A DNA stretch of 64,000 bases, taken from an uncultured Chloroflexia bacterium. GTDB lineage: Bacteria > Chloroflexota > Limnocylindria > Limnocylindrales > CSP1-4. How positions within the stretch are numbered: the first letter of the stretch is position 1; each line of letters begins with the position of its first letter. Under the pieces are notes generated by a model. It was not told where the DNA came from, searched no databases, and worked only from the letters and a program-made list of their open reading frames with translations. This document shows positions 1-13,136 of the stretch, piece by piece. Made by a program: the position numbers and the translations under genes. The stretch spans positions 16,285 to 80,284 of the forward strand of contig CAWAHN010000014.1 in NCBI GenBank assembly GCA_963781845.1, in the 5' to 3' direction.

Positions 1-489
1 GACGTGACGCTGCTCGAGCGTGGTCCCTTCGTCGACCAGTCGCTGGTCGATCTGCTTGTCGTCGACGGTGATGCCCTTGGCTGCGGCGAGCTGCCCCTGG
101 AGCGCCTCGTCGATGAGCCGTTCGAGGGTGGACGTCGACAGGCTCTGCCGACCCTGCTCGAAGGCCGCCACCCGGGAGTCGGCTTCGCTCTGGGTGATCC
201 GGCCGAGCTGGAGCTGGTCGCGGACCTGCGCCTCGGCCTGGTTGAGCCGGAACGAATCGACCTGGGAGGCGGCCGTGAAGGTGTCCTGGTCGATGGTCTG
301 GCCGTTGACCTTGGCGACCTCGGCGAAGTGCTGGCCCGCATACGTCGAGGCGACCGCGCCGATCAGCGCGATCACCCCGATGAAGAAGACGAGCCCGAAG
401 GCGAGATTGATGTACAGGCTCTTCCGGTCATGGGAGTCGCGCCCTGTGCGCGAGGGTCGCTTGGTGACCGGTCGGGTGCGAGTGCTCAT
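1..489 (-). CDS. Membrane-anchored SurA-N-like / PpiC-type periplasmic chaperone, N-terminal part (partial; C-terminus lies outside the window).
   Basis: Minus-strand frame from the ATG at 489..487 translates to MSTRTRPVTKRPSRTGRDSHDRKSLYINLAFGLVFFIGVIALIGAVASTYAGQHFAEVAKVNGQTIDQDTF..., a TM anchor followed by a SurA_N-like 'VAKVNG.TI' region. The frame stays open to position 1. The track omits it because it runs off the edge. Confidence 0.5.
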   Translation of the reverse strand, partial: MSTRTRPVTKRPSRTGRDSHDRKSLYINLAFGLVFFIGVIALIGAVASTYAGQHFAEVAKVNGQTIDQDTFTAASQVDSFRLNQAEAQVRDQLQLGRITQSEADSRVAAFEQGRQSLSTSTLERLIDEALQGQLAAAKGITVDDKQIDQRLVDEGTTLEQRHV

Positions 490-641
490 TCGGACGTGGC
501 TTCCTGCAGGTGGATCCCGACATGGCGGGAGGGATGGGGTCGGTATCGTACACCGACGTCGGTCGATGCCTCGGAGTCAGACGGGCGGGCCGGCTGCACC
601 GTGATCCTCGACCGGGTCGACCGGGTCGACCATGCGGCCGG

Positions 642-3756
<3,115 letters not shown>

Positions 3757-3805
3757 GCACACCGGGCGGACCCGGGCCGCATGCGCCGCCGGCGCCGTCA
3801 CCGGG

Positions 3806-5966
3806 TCAGCGACCCGCGAGCTTCTTGAGGCGGTCGAGGAGCGCGTTCTCGGATCCGTCCGCCGGCGGGACGATGTTGTCGAGCAGGTTGCCGGCCGCGG
3901 TCGCCGCCGCCGTCGGGTTGGTCTCGAGGTTCTTGACGAGGCGGTCGAGCGCATCGGCCGCGATGAACATCTTGTCGGCCGGGATGTTCAGCTTGTCCAG
4001 GTCGACCTTGTAGGTGTGGACGTCGATCGTGTCGCTCGGGCCCGCATAGCTCCGCGTGTCGACCTCGGTGAAGCCGTTCTCCGGCGGTGAGCACGTTGAG
4101 GACCATCTTCGACGATCGGGCACGGGTGATCGGGTAGACGTAGTAGAGCGCCTTGCCGTCCTTGAGCAGCTGGGTCATCTGGCTCGACGAGTAGACGTTG
4201 AACTGGTTGGCCTTGATCGGAGCCTCGTCGACCGCGACGTAGTCCGTCGCGGTGCCGCCGGCGCTGCGCAACCCGAGGGGCGCCTTGGGATCGTCGACCG
4301 CCAGGTAATGCCGGACCTGGATCGCCTTGTAGTCGGACGGGAGATCGATCGACGTCTCCATGCTGAGGTACGGACCGAAGGCGACGGTCCCGCCCTTCGG
4401 GACGTTGGCCTCGATCCAGGCGATCGTCTCGGCGCTCGCCTTCATCTCGTTGGCGCTGGTGATCCCGGGGATCCGAACCGCCCGGACGCCGACGGTGCCC
4501 ATCGCGAGCACGAAGACGGCCATCGCGAGGACGGCCCCGACGGCGCCCAGGCGGTGGCGGCCACGGAGCCAGCGCACGACGATGACGGCCGCCACGACGA
4601 TGACGGCGACCGCCACGATCCCGCCGAAGATCACCTTCGGGGTGATCCGCTGGAGCGTCGACAGGGCAAGGATGACGACGGCCAGCGCGGCCAGTCCGGC
4701 GAACAGGACCGCCGTCAGCCGGTCACGCTCGCGCAGGCGGAGCAGCCCGTGATACCAGCCGATCGTGCCCGTCAGGATGACCAGGGCAAGCTCCTGGATG
4801 TAGTGGCGCGGCGTCTCGCCGACGCCGATCACCAGGAGCACCAGCGGGATGCCGCAGATCATCGTCACGAGCGCGTCCGTGCTCGCCTGGGCGACCCGCT
4901 TGCGATCGCGGATCAGCTCCGCCACGACGAGGAACGTGCCCAGCCCGTAGGCGAACGCCAGGCGGACCGAACCCAGCGAGTGGACGATCATGTAGGCGAT
5001 CTGGTTGGGGTCGAACAGCGAGGCGCCGAGCAGCTTCGGCGTCCGTCCGAAGAAGATCGTCAGGATCACGAACCAGGCGAGGACGGCGAGCCAGCCGAGG
5101 ACGGTCCGATCCTGGAGACGGGCGGGGATCCGGCGCGCGGCGGCCACGTTCCAGCCGCGACGGTCGATCCCGGTCGCGATCCGCTCGGCGCCGAGGCCGA
5201 TGACCAGGAAGACGACGACGGCGACGGCGCTCGGGAGCAGCGTCCAGTCGGGGAAGTCGGCCCGGTATACCAGGTGGGTGTAGCCAGCGAACATCACGAA
5301 CCACCACGACATCCCGACCGCCGCGGTCGCCAACGCCACGGCCGCGGTCCGCACGATGTTCGTCCAGCGCACCCCCCACATCGCGCCGAGGATGAACGGG
5401 ACGATCGCGAACGGCAGGATCGTCTCCTTGATCAGGAAGGCTGCGGCGAAGATCGCGCCCAGGACGACCGCACGCCACAGGGATCCCGTCCGCACGACGC
5501 TGAACCCGACGATCACGTAGAGCAGCGTCAGCATGATCGAGGGCAGATCGATGCCGGCCGTTCGGGCGATGTCGAAGACGTACGGCAGGGCGGCGAACAG
5601 GACCGCCGAGATCGCGCCGACGGCGGGGCGGACCCGCCAGCCGAGGAAGCCGACCATGACGATGGTCAGCGCACCGCTCAGGGCGTTGATCAGGTGACCC
5701 GTCGCGACCGGGTGGATGCCGGCCAGCTTCTCGGGCATCGCGATGATCATCGGCCACAGCGGCGAATGCTTGAGGAAGACGACCCCGAAGTCGGTGATCG
5801 GACCGTTACCGCTGAGGAAGTTCCGGCCCACCGCGATGTACTTCGCGTCGTCGAACGTCGGGTTCACCGGCGGGGTCAGGGCGAGGAACACCAGGAACAG
5901 GATCGGCGTGGCGGCCAGGATGAACAGGCTGACGCGCCGTTCGAACGACGCATCCGCGGGGCTCAT
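3806..5966 (-). CDS. GT-C family polytopic membrane glycosyltransferase (PMT_2/ArnT-like) with an apparent +1 frameshift near 4080-4090 (possible pseudogene or sequence error).
   Basis: Starts MSPADASFERRVSLFILAATP. It has at least 10 predicted TM helices and a DD/DE motif in the first extracytoplasmic loop (TFDDAKYIAVGRNF). A C-terminal soluble domain continues in the other frame as ...NGFTEVDTRSYAGPSDTIDVHTYKVDLDKL... (track ORF 3806..4123). The frame switch lies in 'ctcaccgccggagaacggc'. The original frame degenerates into Arg/Gly-rich sequence after ...VLNVLTAGE. Confidence 0.6.
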
Positions 5967-6016
5967 CGCGGCGGGGTCCGGTCGCCCGGTGGTCGTCGCG
6001 ACCCCTTCGGCAGCGC

Positions 6017-7321
6017 TCACGCCCTGACCGTCCAGCCGGCGCCCAGCCGGAGGACCTGGCGTTCGGTCGTCGTCCGGCCGTGCGAGCTGTCGACGGTGTC
6101 GATGACCAGCTCGGCCGTGGCGTACACGTGCTCCCAGTCGATCGCCTTGTGCGGCGTGACCACGACGACGGCGTCGCTCCGGCGCAGGAGCCCCTCGATC
6201 TCGACCGAGTCGCGCGCCGCCCCGTCGGTGTCCCGGAAGCGGGGCACGTGCGGGTCGTGATAGCTGACGTCCGCGCCGCGGGCGGCGAGACCGGCCAGGA
6301 TGGCGGCCGCGGGAGCGTTCCGGGCGTCGCGCACGTCGGGCTTGAAGGCCACGCCGAGGACGCCGACGCGAGCGCCCTTGAGCGCCTTGCCGCGATCGTT
6401 CAGGCCTTCGGCGACCAGGTCCACCACGTGGCGCGGCATCGCGTAGTTGATGTCGCCGGCGAGCTCCACGAAGCGGTCGACGAAGTCGAACTCGCGCGCT
6501 CGCCAGGCGAGGTAGTACGGGTCGACCGGGATGCAGTGGCCGCCGACACCCGGACCCGGGGTGAACCGCATGAACCCGAACGGCTTGGTCGCCGCGGCCC
6601 CGATGACCTCCCAGACGTCGAGGCCCATCCGCTCGCACAGCAGCGCGAGCTGGTTGACCAGGGCGATGTTGACGTTGCGGAAGATGTTCTCCAGCAGCTT
6701 GGCCAGCTCCGCCGCGTCGGGGGACGACAGCTCGATGACCGAGTTGTTGATCCGGCGCAGGAGGGTCGCCGCGCGGATCGTCGCCTCGGGCGTGGTGGCA
6801 CCGACCAGCCGCGGCACGTCCTTGGCGGCACTGGCCGGGTCGCCGGGGTTGACCCGCTCCGGGGCGAAGGCCAGGTCGAAGTCGCGGCCGGCGATGAAGC
6901 CGCTCTGCTCGAGGACCTTCCGGAACGGGCCGGTGGTCGTGCCCGGGAACGTCGTGGACTGGAGGATCACGAGCTGGCCCTTGCGCAGGTGGCGGCGGAT
7001 CAGCTCGGCGGCCGACAGGACCGGCCCGAGGTCCGGGTCCTTGGCCTGGTCGATCGGGGTCGGGACGCAGACGAAGATGACGTCGGCGTCGGCGAGGTGG
7101 GCGGCATCGGTCCCGACGACGCGCATCCCGGCGGCGATCGCGCCGGTCAGCCGCGAGTCCGGGATGTCGTCGATCGGCGAGCGGCCGGCGCTCAGCTCGG
7201 CGACCCGGCCGGAGTGGGCGTCGACGCCCTCGACCTCGAGCCCGGCTTCGACGAACGAGATCGCCAGCGGCAGCCCGACGTAGCCCAGGCCGATCACGGC
7301 CAGGCGACGGTCTTCAGTCAT
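6017..7321 (-). CDS. Nucleotide-sugar dehydrogenase (UDP-glucose/GDP-mannose dehydrogenase family), probably UDP-N-acetyl-D-mannosamine dehydrogenase (WecC/MnaB-like).
   Basis: MTEDRRLAVIGLGYVGLPLAISF (NAD-binding GxGxxG), a catalytic Cys region GFMRFTPGPGVGGHCIPVDP, 434 aa. It lies immediately downstream of wecB. The 440-aa N-terminal extension in the track ORF is Arg/Gly junk. Confidence 0.85.
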   Translation of the reverse strand: MTEDRRLAVIGLGYVGLPLAISFVEAGLEVEGVDAHSGRVAELSAGRSPIDDIPDSRLTGAIAAGMRVVGTDAAHLADADVIFVCVPTPIDQAKDPDLGPVLSAAELIRRHLRKGQLVILQSTTFPGTTTGPFRKVLEQSGFIAGRDFDLAFAPERVNPGDPASAAKDVPRLVGATTPEATIRAATLLRRINNSVIELSSPDAAELAKLLENIFRNVNIALVNQLALLCERMGLDVWEVIGAAATKPFGFMRFTPGPGVGGHCIPVDPYYLAWRAREFDFVDRFVELAGDINYAMPRHVVDLVAEGLNDRGKALKGARVGVLGVAFKPDVRDARNAPAAAILAGLAARGADVSYHDPHVPRFRDTDGAARDSVEIEGLLRRSDAVVVVTPHKAIDWEHVYATAELVIDTVDSSHGRTTTERQVLRLGAGWTVRA

Positions 7322-7425
7322 GGGTCCTCCAAGTCCGGTCACCGGCGATGCCGGGGTCGCGCGCCCGGCGCCGCGGACAGGGCAGGCGGGGCGCAGCGCA
7401 CCGCGAGAGGATACCCGGTCTCGGC

Positions 7426-8523
7426 CTAGCGGACCGCGGCCGGGGCGGCCAGCCAGCGCTCGACGATCGCGGCGATCCGCGGGCCGGCAGCCCCGTCCCA
7501 CAGCGGTGGCGCCTCCGAAGGGATCGGGACGGACCCGTCCAGGACGGCACGTGTGGCCGCCACGACACCGTCCGGTTCGACCAGGCGATTCGTCCCATGG
7601 CTGATCGTGATCGGTCGTTCGGTGTTCGGTCGCAGGGTGAGGCACGGAACGCCGAGGATCGTCGTCTCCTCCTGGATCCCGCCCGAGTCGGTCACGACCA
7701 CGGCCGCCCCGCGGACGAGCGACATGAACTCGACGTACCCCAGCGGGTCGACGACGTGGATCCGCGGGTCGTCCCCGAGCCCGGCGGCCTCCAGCGTCGC
7801 ACGGCCGCGCGGGTGGAGCGGGATGACGAGCTCGACCAGCTCGGCGACGCCGCGCACCGCCGCGACGACCCGCCCCGCCGTCGCGGGATCGTCCACATTC
7901 GCCGGCCGGTGGAGCGTGGCCACGCCGTATCGACCCTCGAGGCCGAGCCTGGAGCGCGCCGCGGCGACGTCGAACCGGTCGAGGTTGGCCAGCAGGGTGT
8001 CGATCATCGGGTTGCCCACGAAGTGGATCCGACTCGGGTCGACCCCTTCCCGGGCGAGGTTCGCCTCCGCCTCCGGGCTGGTCGTGAACAGGAGGTCCGC
8101 CAGGACGTCCGTGACGACGCGGTTGATCTCCTCCGGCATCGTCCGGTCGAAGCTGCGGAGACCGGCCTCGACGTGGGCGATCGGCCGGCCGAGCTTGGCC
8201 GCGACGACCGCGGCGGCGAGGGTCGAATTGATGTCGCCGTAGACCACCACGAGCGCCGGATCGAGCTCGGCGAACGCCGTCTCCAGCGCGACCATCAGGG
8301 CGGCCGTCTGGCCGGCGTGGGTCCCCGACCCGACCCCGAGATTGAGGTCCGGTTCGGGCAGGCCGAGGTCCCGGAAGAACACGTCGGACATCCTGTCGTC
8401 GTAGTGCTGCCCGGTGTGGATGACGACCTGCGGGACGGATCGCGCGGCCAGACCGCGGATGACCGGAGCGGCCTTCATGAAGTTGGGCCTGGCCCCGACG
8501 ACGTGTGCTACGGTCTCCGCCAT
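7426..8523 (-). CDS. wecB: UDP-N-acetylglucosamine 2-epimerase (non-hydrolysing).
   Basis: MAETVAHVVGARPNFMKAAPVIRGL...HTGQHYD...DSGGIQEE, with classic WecB/MnaA motifs, 365 aa. The start at 8523 was fixed by aa counting from the track ORF end. Confidence 0.9.
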   Translation of the reverse strand: MAETVAHVVGARPNFMKAAPVIRGLAARSVPQVVIHTGQHYDDRMSDVFFRDLGLPEPDLNLGVGSGTHAGQTAALMVALETAFAELDPALVVVYGDINSTLAAAVVAAKLGRPIAHVEAGLRSFDRTMPEEINRVVTDVLADLLFTTSPEAEANLAREGVDPSRIHFVGNPMIDTLLANLDRFDVAAARSRLGLEGRYGVATLHRPANVDDPATAGRVVAAVRGVAELVELVIPLHPRGRATLEAAGLGDDPRIHVVDPLGYVEFMSLVRGAAVVVTDSGGIQEETTILGVPCLTLRPNTERPITISHGTNRLVEPDGVVAATRAVLDGSVPIPSEAPPLWDGAAGPRIAAIVERWLAAPAAVR

Positions 8524-8700
8524 GATCCCCTTTCCGATGAGCCGCGCGGTCGCCGCCTGCGCCGCGGCCCTCGGCGCAGTATCCCCGAATCCGGGCGGGC
8601 TCGACGCCGTCCGTTGAGTCGACCGACCGGCCCGACCGCAGCACTGCGTCACGCCCTGACCGATCCGCGCTCGGCGCTGGACGTGTTGCGCGCCCACAAG
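8524..8700. promoter_or_regulatory. Divergent intergenic region between wecB (minus) and the GT4 gene (plus); presumed bidirectional promoter.
   Basis: 177-bp non-coding gap between two divergently oriented, well-supported CDSs. No specific -10/-35 elements are asserted. Confidence 0.35.
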
Positions 8701-10437
8701 ATGCGCCTCGTCGTCCGGCTCACGGACGGCCTCGGCACTCCTCGACGGACGACCGTCGGGCGGGTGTTCCTGACGGTGTCCCGTCCATTCCTGCGGGGCT
8801 CGGCCGCGAGCGCGGTGGGCGCACCGCTCCGGACCCTCGGGCTCCGCTGGACCGGTTCGATGGCGGAGGCCGCCGCCTACGCCGAGGCCGTGGGTCTCAC
8901 TCGCGGCACCGGCCGGACCGCTGTCACCCGGCTCGCCCGCGCATGCCTCGAGATCGGCGCGACCGGGGCCGCCGCCCGGATCCTCGACGGCCTGCCAGCG
9001 ACCTCGGATCGAGCCGCCGAGCTCGTCCTGCGGGCCGAGGTCGACCTGAAGCTCGGCCGCTACACGGCGGCAGCCGAGGGTGCCGGGCGAGCCGCGGAGC
9101 TGCGGCCGAGCGACCGGACCGCGGCGGCCGTTCGGGACCGGGCCCAGGCCGAGCTGACGGTGCTCACGCCCGGTTGGCGCCCACGCCTCGGGAGCGACTC
9201 GGACCGGCGACCCGGGACGCCCGGCCGGATCCTCCATCTCCTGACCAATTCGCTGCCGTACCGTGAGGCCGGCTACACGGTCCGGGCGCAGAACGTGGCC
9301 CGCTGCCAGATCGAGGCCGGGCTGGACCCACGGATGGCGACGCGGGCCGGCTTCCCCGGCAACGAAGGGGTCCGCCGGGCGCCGGCGACGTCCGTCGTGG
9401 ATGGAGTGACCTATCACCGGATCCTGCCGGACCTCGATCCGGCCACGCCGATCGACCGGTTGATCGAGGCGAACGCGAAGGCGGCCAAGGTCCTCGTCGA
9501 GGGGCTGCGCCCGGCCGTCCTGCAGCCGGCATCGAACCACGTCAATGCCCAGGTCGCCCTCGCCCTGCGCGATCGGTACGGGATCCCCGTCGTCTACGAG
9601 GTGCGTGGCTTCCTCGAGGAGACCTGGCGCTCCCGGGCATCCGCCGACGTCGCCGACAGCGACCGGTACCGGGCGTCACGGGAGGTCGAGACGGCCTGCA
9701 TGCGGGAGGCGGATGCGGTCGTGACCCTGTCGGAGACGATGCGACAGGACATCCTCGCTCGCGGCGGGACCGATCCGGAGTGCGTCGTCGTCGTGCCCAA
9801 CGCCGTCGACGTCGACCGGTTCCTGCCGGGCGTGCGCGATCCGGCCCTCGCCGCCAGCCTGGGCATCGGTGACGAGCCGGTCATCGGCTACATCTCGAGC
9901 TTCACCGGCTATGAGGGGATCCGCTACCTCATCGAGGCGACGGCCGAGCTTCGCCGACGCGGGCGTCGGCTCCGCTGCCTGCTGGTCGGCGACGGCGAGG
10001 AGCGGGCCGCGCTCCAGATCGTGGCCCGAGCCGCGGGGGTGGACGATGGGACCGTCATCTTCACCGGCCGCGTCCCGCACGACCGGATCCTCGACTACTA
10101 CCGGCTCATCGACGTCTTCGTCGTCCCTCGAACGAACGACCGGGTCTCGCAGCTGGTCACCCCGCTCAAGCCGTACGAGGCGATGGCGATGGAGCGGGCC
10201 CTCGTCGTGAGCGGGGTCGGAGCGCTGCTGGAGATCGTCGTGGACGGCGAGACCGGCCGGTCGTTCACCCCTGAGGACGCCGTCGCCCTGGCCGACGTGG
10301 TCGAGCCGCTCCTGGACGACCCGGCGGAACGGGCGCGCCTGGGGCGGGCCGCACGGATCTGGGTCACCGAGCATCGGACGTGGCACATGAACGGCTCGCG
10401 CTACCGCGCCCTGTACGAGCGCCTGGGCGTCGCATGA
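8701..10437 (+). CDS. Glycosyltransferase family 4 with a ~230-aa N-terminal helical (TPR-like) extension.
   Basis: First ATG after the divergent region (MRLVVRLTDG...). The C-terminal half has GT4 motifs (GYISSFTGYEGIRYLIEA, ...EAMAMERALVVSGVGALLEIVVDGETG). The 5' 1.35 kb of the 1029-aa track ORF is antisense to wecB and was rejected. Confidence 0.7.
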   Translation: MRLVVRLTDGLGTPRRTTVGRVFLTVSRPFLRGSAASAVGAPLRTLGLRWTGSMAEAAAYAEAVGLTRGTGRTAVTRLARACLEIGATGAAARILDGLPATSDRAAELVLRAEVDLKLGRYTAAAEGAGRAAELRPSDRTAAAVRDRAQAELTVLTPGWRPRLGSDSDRRPGTPGRILHLLTNSLPYREAGYTVRAQNVARCQIEAGLDPRMATRAGFPGNEGVRRAPATSVVDGVTYHRILPDLDPATPIDRLIEANAKAAKVLVEGLRPAVLQPASNHVNAQVALALRDRYGIPVVYEVRGFLEETWRSRASADVADSDRYRASREVETACMREADAVVTLSETMRQDILARGGTDPECVVVVPNAVDVDRFLPGVRDPALAASLGIGDEPVIGYISSFTGYEGIRYLIEATAELRRRGRRLRCLLVGDGEERAALQIVARAAGVDDGTVIFTGRVPHDRILDYYRLIDVFVVPRTNDRVSQLVTPLKPYEAMAMERALVVSGVGALLEIVVDGETGRSFTPEDAVALADVVEPLLDDPAERARLGRAARIWVTEHRTWHMNGSRYRALYERLGVA

Positions 10438-11927
10438 CGGCGGGCACCCCCGCCGCGCCACGCCGGCGGATCGCCTACCTGTCGTACTCGACGGCGGAGT
10501 TCGACTCGCGGACCCAACGGATGGCCGAGTCCGCCGTCGAGCGCGGGTTCGACGTCGTGGTCTACGCGCGCTGGGAGCCCGGCCTTGCCCTCCGGTCCGA
10601 CGGACGCGGCTACCCGATCGTCCGCGTCCCGGCCGTCTGGGAGCTGGCCGTCCCGGGCCTGCGCGGGCGGGGCCGGCGACGCCTGGCGGCCCTCCGGCGG
10701 CAGGCCGAGCGACGGGCGGGCTCGGGCGGCCCGACGACCGGCTCGAACCTGCCCGCTGCCGGCGGTGACGCCCTGGCCCCCACACGGAGGCACCCGGCCA
10801 CCGGGCCGGCCGGACCGACCGGGGTCGCGGCGAAGGCAGGGGCATCGAAGGGATCGCGCCGGCGCTGGGTCGATCGGCTCCCGTCGTCCGTCCGCGGGAC
10901 GATCTTCGGCTGGCCGCTCCGTCGAGCACGGATCGTCTCGAATTCGATCGGACACTGGCGACGGCGACTGGTCATGTTCCCGCTCCGGCCGATCGGCTGG
11001 GCGGTCGCCCTCGATGACCTCGTCGAGCCCGCCGACCTGTGGCATGGGATGTGGGCCGCTTCGCTCCCCGCCCTCGATCGGCTGACGCGCCGGCACGGCG
11101 GTCGGACCGTCTATGACAGTCGGGACGTGTACGTCCACGCACGAGGGCTCGAGACCATGGCCCCGCTGGGCCGTTCGCTGCTTGCGAGGCTCGAGCGACG
11201 CTGGGCGCGGCGGGTCGACGCCGTCCTGACCGTCAACGACGCCTACGCCTCGATCCTGGCCGAGCAGTTCGGGATCCCCCGCCCGACGATCGTGCGCAAC
11301 ACGCCGGCCCGCTACGTCCGGCCGACACCGACCCCCGACCGCATCCGGGATCGGCTGGGTCTGCCGGCCTCGACCGCGATCGTCCTCTACCAGGGTGGCC
11401 TGATGAGCGAGCGCGGGATCGAGCAGGGGATGGAGGCCATCCTGTCGGTCGACGACGCCGTCCTCGTCCTGATGGGGTTCGGGTCGCAGCAGGACGCGCT
11501 CGTGCGCCTGGCTCGGTCGCCCCGCTACGCCGAGCGGGTACGGGTCGTCGACCCGGTACCGCCCGCGGAGCTGCTCGACTGGACGGCCTCGGCGGACGTC
11601 ATGCTGATGGCGATCCAGCCGACGTCCCTCAACCACCGCTACACGACCCCGAACAAGCTGTGGGAGGCGATCGCCGCTGGGGTACCGGTGGTCGCGTCGG
11701 ACCTGCCGGGGATGGCCTCGGTCGTCAGGGAGACCGGTTGTGGCGAGCTGGTCGATCCGACCGACCCCGCCGCCATCGCGGACGGGATCCGGACCATCCT
11801 CGACCTCCCGCCGATCGAGCGGGAACGACTCCTCGAACGCTGCCGCGCCGCCGGCGCGCGCTACGACTGGGCGCACGAAGCGGAGACGCTCTTCGAGCTC
11901 TACCGGCGGCTGCTCGATGGAGCCTGA
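10434..11927 (+). CDS. Glycosyltransferase family 4, paralog 1 of 3.
   Basis: MTAGTPAAPRRRIAYLSYSTAEFDSRTQRMAESAVERGFDVVVYA... The C-terminal motif TTPNKLWEAIAAGVPVVASDLPGMASVV matches the two paralogs at 23245..25952. The ATG overlaps the upstream stop (ATGA). Confidence 0.75.
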   Translation: MTAGTPAAPRRRIAYLSYSTAEFDSRTQRMAESAVERGFDVVVYARWEPGLALRSDGRGYPIVRVPAVWELAVPGLRGRGRRRLAALRRQAERRAGSGGPTTGSNLPAAGGDALAPTRRHPATGPAGPTGVAAKAGASKGSRRRWVDRLPSSVRGTIFGWPLRRARIVSNSIGHWRRRLVMFPLRPIGWAVALDDLVEPADLWHGMWAASLPALDRLTRRHGGRTVYDSRDVYVHARGLETMAPLGRSLLARLERRWARRVDAVLTVNDAYASILAEQFGIPRPTIVRNTPARYVRPTPTPDRIRDRLGLPASTAIVLYQGGLMSERGIEQGMEAILSVDDAVLVLMGFGSQQDALVRLARSPRYAERVRVVDPVPPAELLDWTASADVMLMAIQPTSLNHRYTTPNKLWEAIAAGVPVVASDLPGMASVVRETGCGELVDPTDPAAIADGIRTILDLPPIERERLLERCRAAGARYDWAHEAETLFELYRRLLDGA

Positions 11928-11942
11928 TCGGCCGGTGGTACG

Positions 11943-13136
11943 ATGCCCGCCGCCATGAGTCGAAACCAGACCCCGGAGGGTCCTGACGGATCCCCGCCGG
12001 CCGGTCCGTGGAAGACCGTGCGCTTCCTCGTCCGGGGCTACACCCGGCGTCTCCCGGGCGATCGGGGTGACGCGGCGCTGTCGATGTTCCACGACGCCCG
12101 CGGCCTCGTCACCGGGCACCGAGCGACGGCGGCCCGCCCTGGCGACCCGCCGATCGATCCCGCGACGCTCCTGCGCGCGGAGCGGGCGCTGGCTCGAGGC
12201 GACCTCGACGCGGCCTGGTCGCAGTCGAGCGCGATCCTCGACGACCGGCCCGACAGCATGGCGGCGCTGACCATCCGGCGGATCGTCCTCGAGCGGCGCG
12301 GAGAGCCGACATCGGTGCTGGCGACGATCCGGACGATGCGGTCGGTCCTCGACACGCCCGAGCTCGCACGAGACGAGCGGGTCGCGGTCGGTCGCCTGTT
12401 CGAGACCGATCCGCGCTGGTCGCCCCGCATCGCCGGCCCACGGCGCCCGATCGAGTCGCCGCATCCGGGCGTCGTGATGCATCTCGTCGCCGGCCCGCCG
12501 GCCGATCCGGCTGGATCGAGCGGGTCGCCGACCGCGGACCGGATCGTCGCGGAGCGAGCGGCCGGCCTGGATCCCCTGGCCGTCGGCCCGGTCGAGGCGG
12601 GATCGAGCGGTCCGGTCGGGAAGGGTCCGGTCGGGTCGGCGCCGACCGTCGAGGGAACCGCGGTCCACCGGCTCGAGCTCGGGCCCGCCTGGTCGCCGGA
12701 CGGACCGCCCGACCTCGCGCTGATCGAGACCGCGTGGCTGGCCGCTCGGGTCGGACGGAGCGCTCGACCGGCGGTCGTGGTCGCGGGAGCGGGCGGTCGC
12801 GGCTTCGCCACGATGCTCGTCGGCGTCGCACTCCGCGGTCACCTGGGCATCCCGCTCGTGATCGACGCCCCGGTCGCGGATCCGTCGGTGCCACCCGGTT
12901 CCGAGCAGGCCATCCGCGCCCGAGCGACGGAGGATCGCTGTCTGGCCGTCGCCGACGCGGTGATCGCCCCGAACGACGATGCGCGACGAGACCTCATCGA
13001 GCGAGGGGTCGCCGCCGAGCGGATCGCGATCGTCGACGACAGCGCGTCGCGCGAGGAAGTCGGCGCCGCACGACGCGCGGTCTACGCGACGGTCATCGGC
13101 GGACGACCGTCCGGCGACGCGCAGCCGGCGCGATGA
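11943..13136 (+). CDS. Hypothetical protein with a helical N-terminal region and a C-terminal segment resembling a GT-B N-domain end (ADAVIAPNDDARRDLIERGVAAERIAIVDD).
   Basis: 397-aa ORF with GC3-rich codon usage, in-operon between GT genes. No catalytic C-terminal GT domain is present. Confidence 0.5.
   Translation: MPAAMSRNQTPEGPDGSPPAGPWKTVRFLVRGYTRRLPGDRGDAALSMFHDARGLVTGHRATAARPGDPPIDPATLLRAERALARGDLDAAWSQSSAILDDRPDSMAALTIRRIVLERRGEPTSVLATIRTMRSVLDTPELARDERVAVGRLFETDPRWSPRIAGPRRPIESPHPGVVMHLVAGPPADPAGSSGSPTADRIVAERAAGLDPLAVGPVEAGSSGPVGKGPVGSAPTVEGTAVHRLELGPAWSPDGPPDLALIETAWLAARVGRSARPAVVVAGAGGRGFATMLVGVALRGHLGIPLVIDAPVADPSVPPGSEQAIRARATEDRCLAVADAVIAPNDDARRDLIERGVAAERIAIVDDSASREEVGAARRAVYATVIGGRPSGDAQPAR

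Noticed and set aside
4056-6260. 734-aa plus-strand ORF.
   Set aside because: It is antisense to the GT-C membrane protein and has a highly biased Asp/Arg/Gly/Glu composition typical of a high-GC shadow ORF.
3798-6638. 946-aa minus-strand track ORF with 224 aa of N-terminal sequence upstream of the GT-C protein and a C-terminal Arg/Gly-rich tail.
   Set aside because: The N-terminal 224 aa overlaps the well-supported UDP-sugar dehydrogenase gene and is Arg/Gly/Pro-rich with no protein-like pattern. The true start is the ATG at about 5966 (MSPADASF). The tail after ...LTAGE is an out-of-frame read; see the frameshift finding.
7348-8700. 5' portion of the 1029-aa plus-strand ORF (7348..10437).
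   Set aside because: This part is antisense to wecB and compositionally junk. The real gene begins at the first ATG after the divergent gap (8701).
10401-12842. 813-aa minus-strand ORF.
   Set aside because: It is antisense to two well-supported plus-strand genes (the GT4 and the hypothetical) and is an Arg/Gly/Pro-rich shadow.
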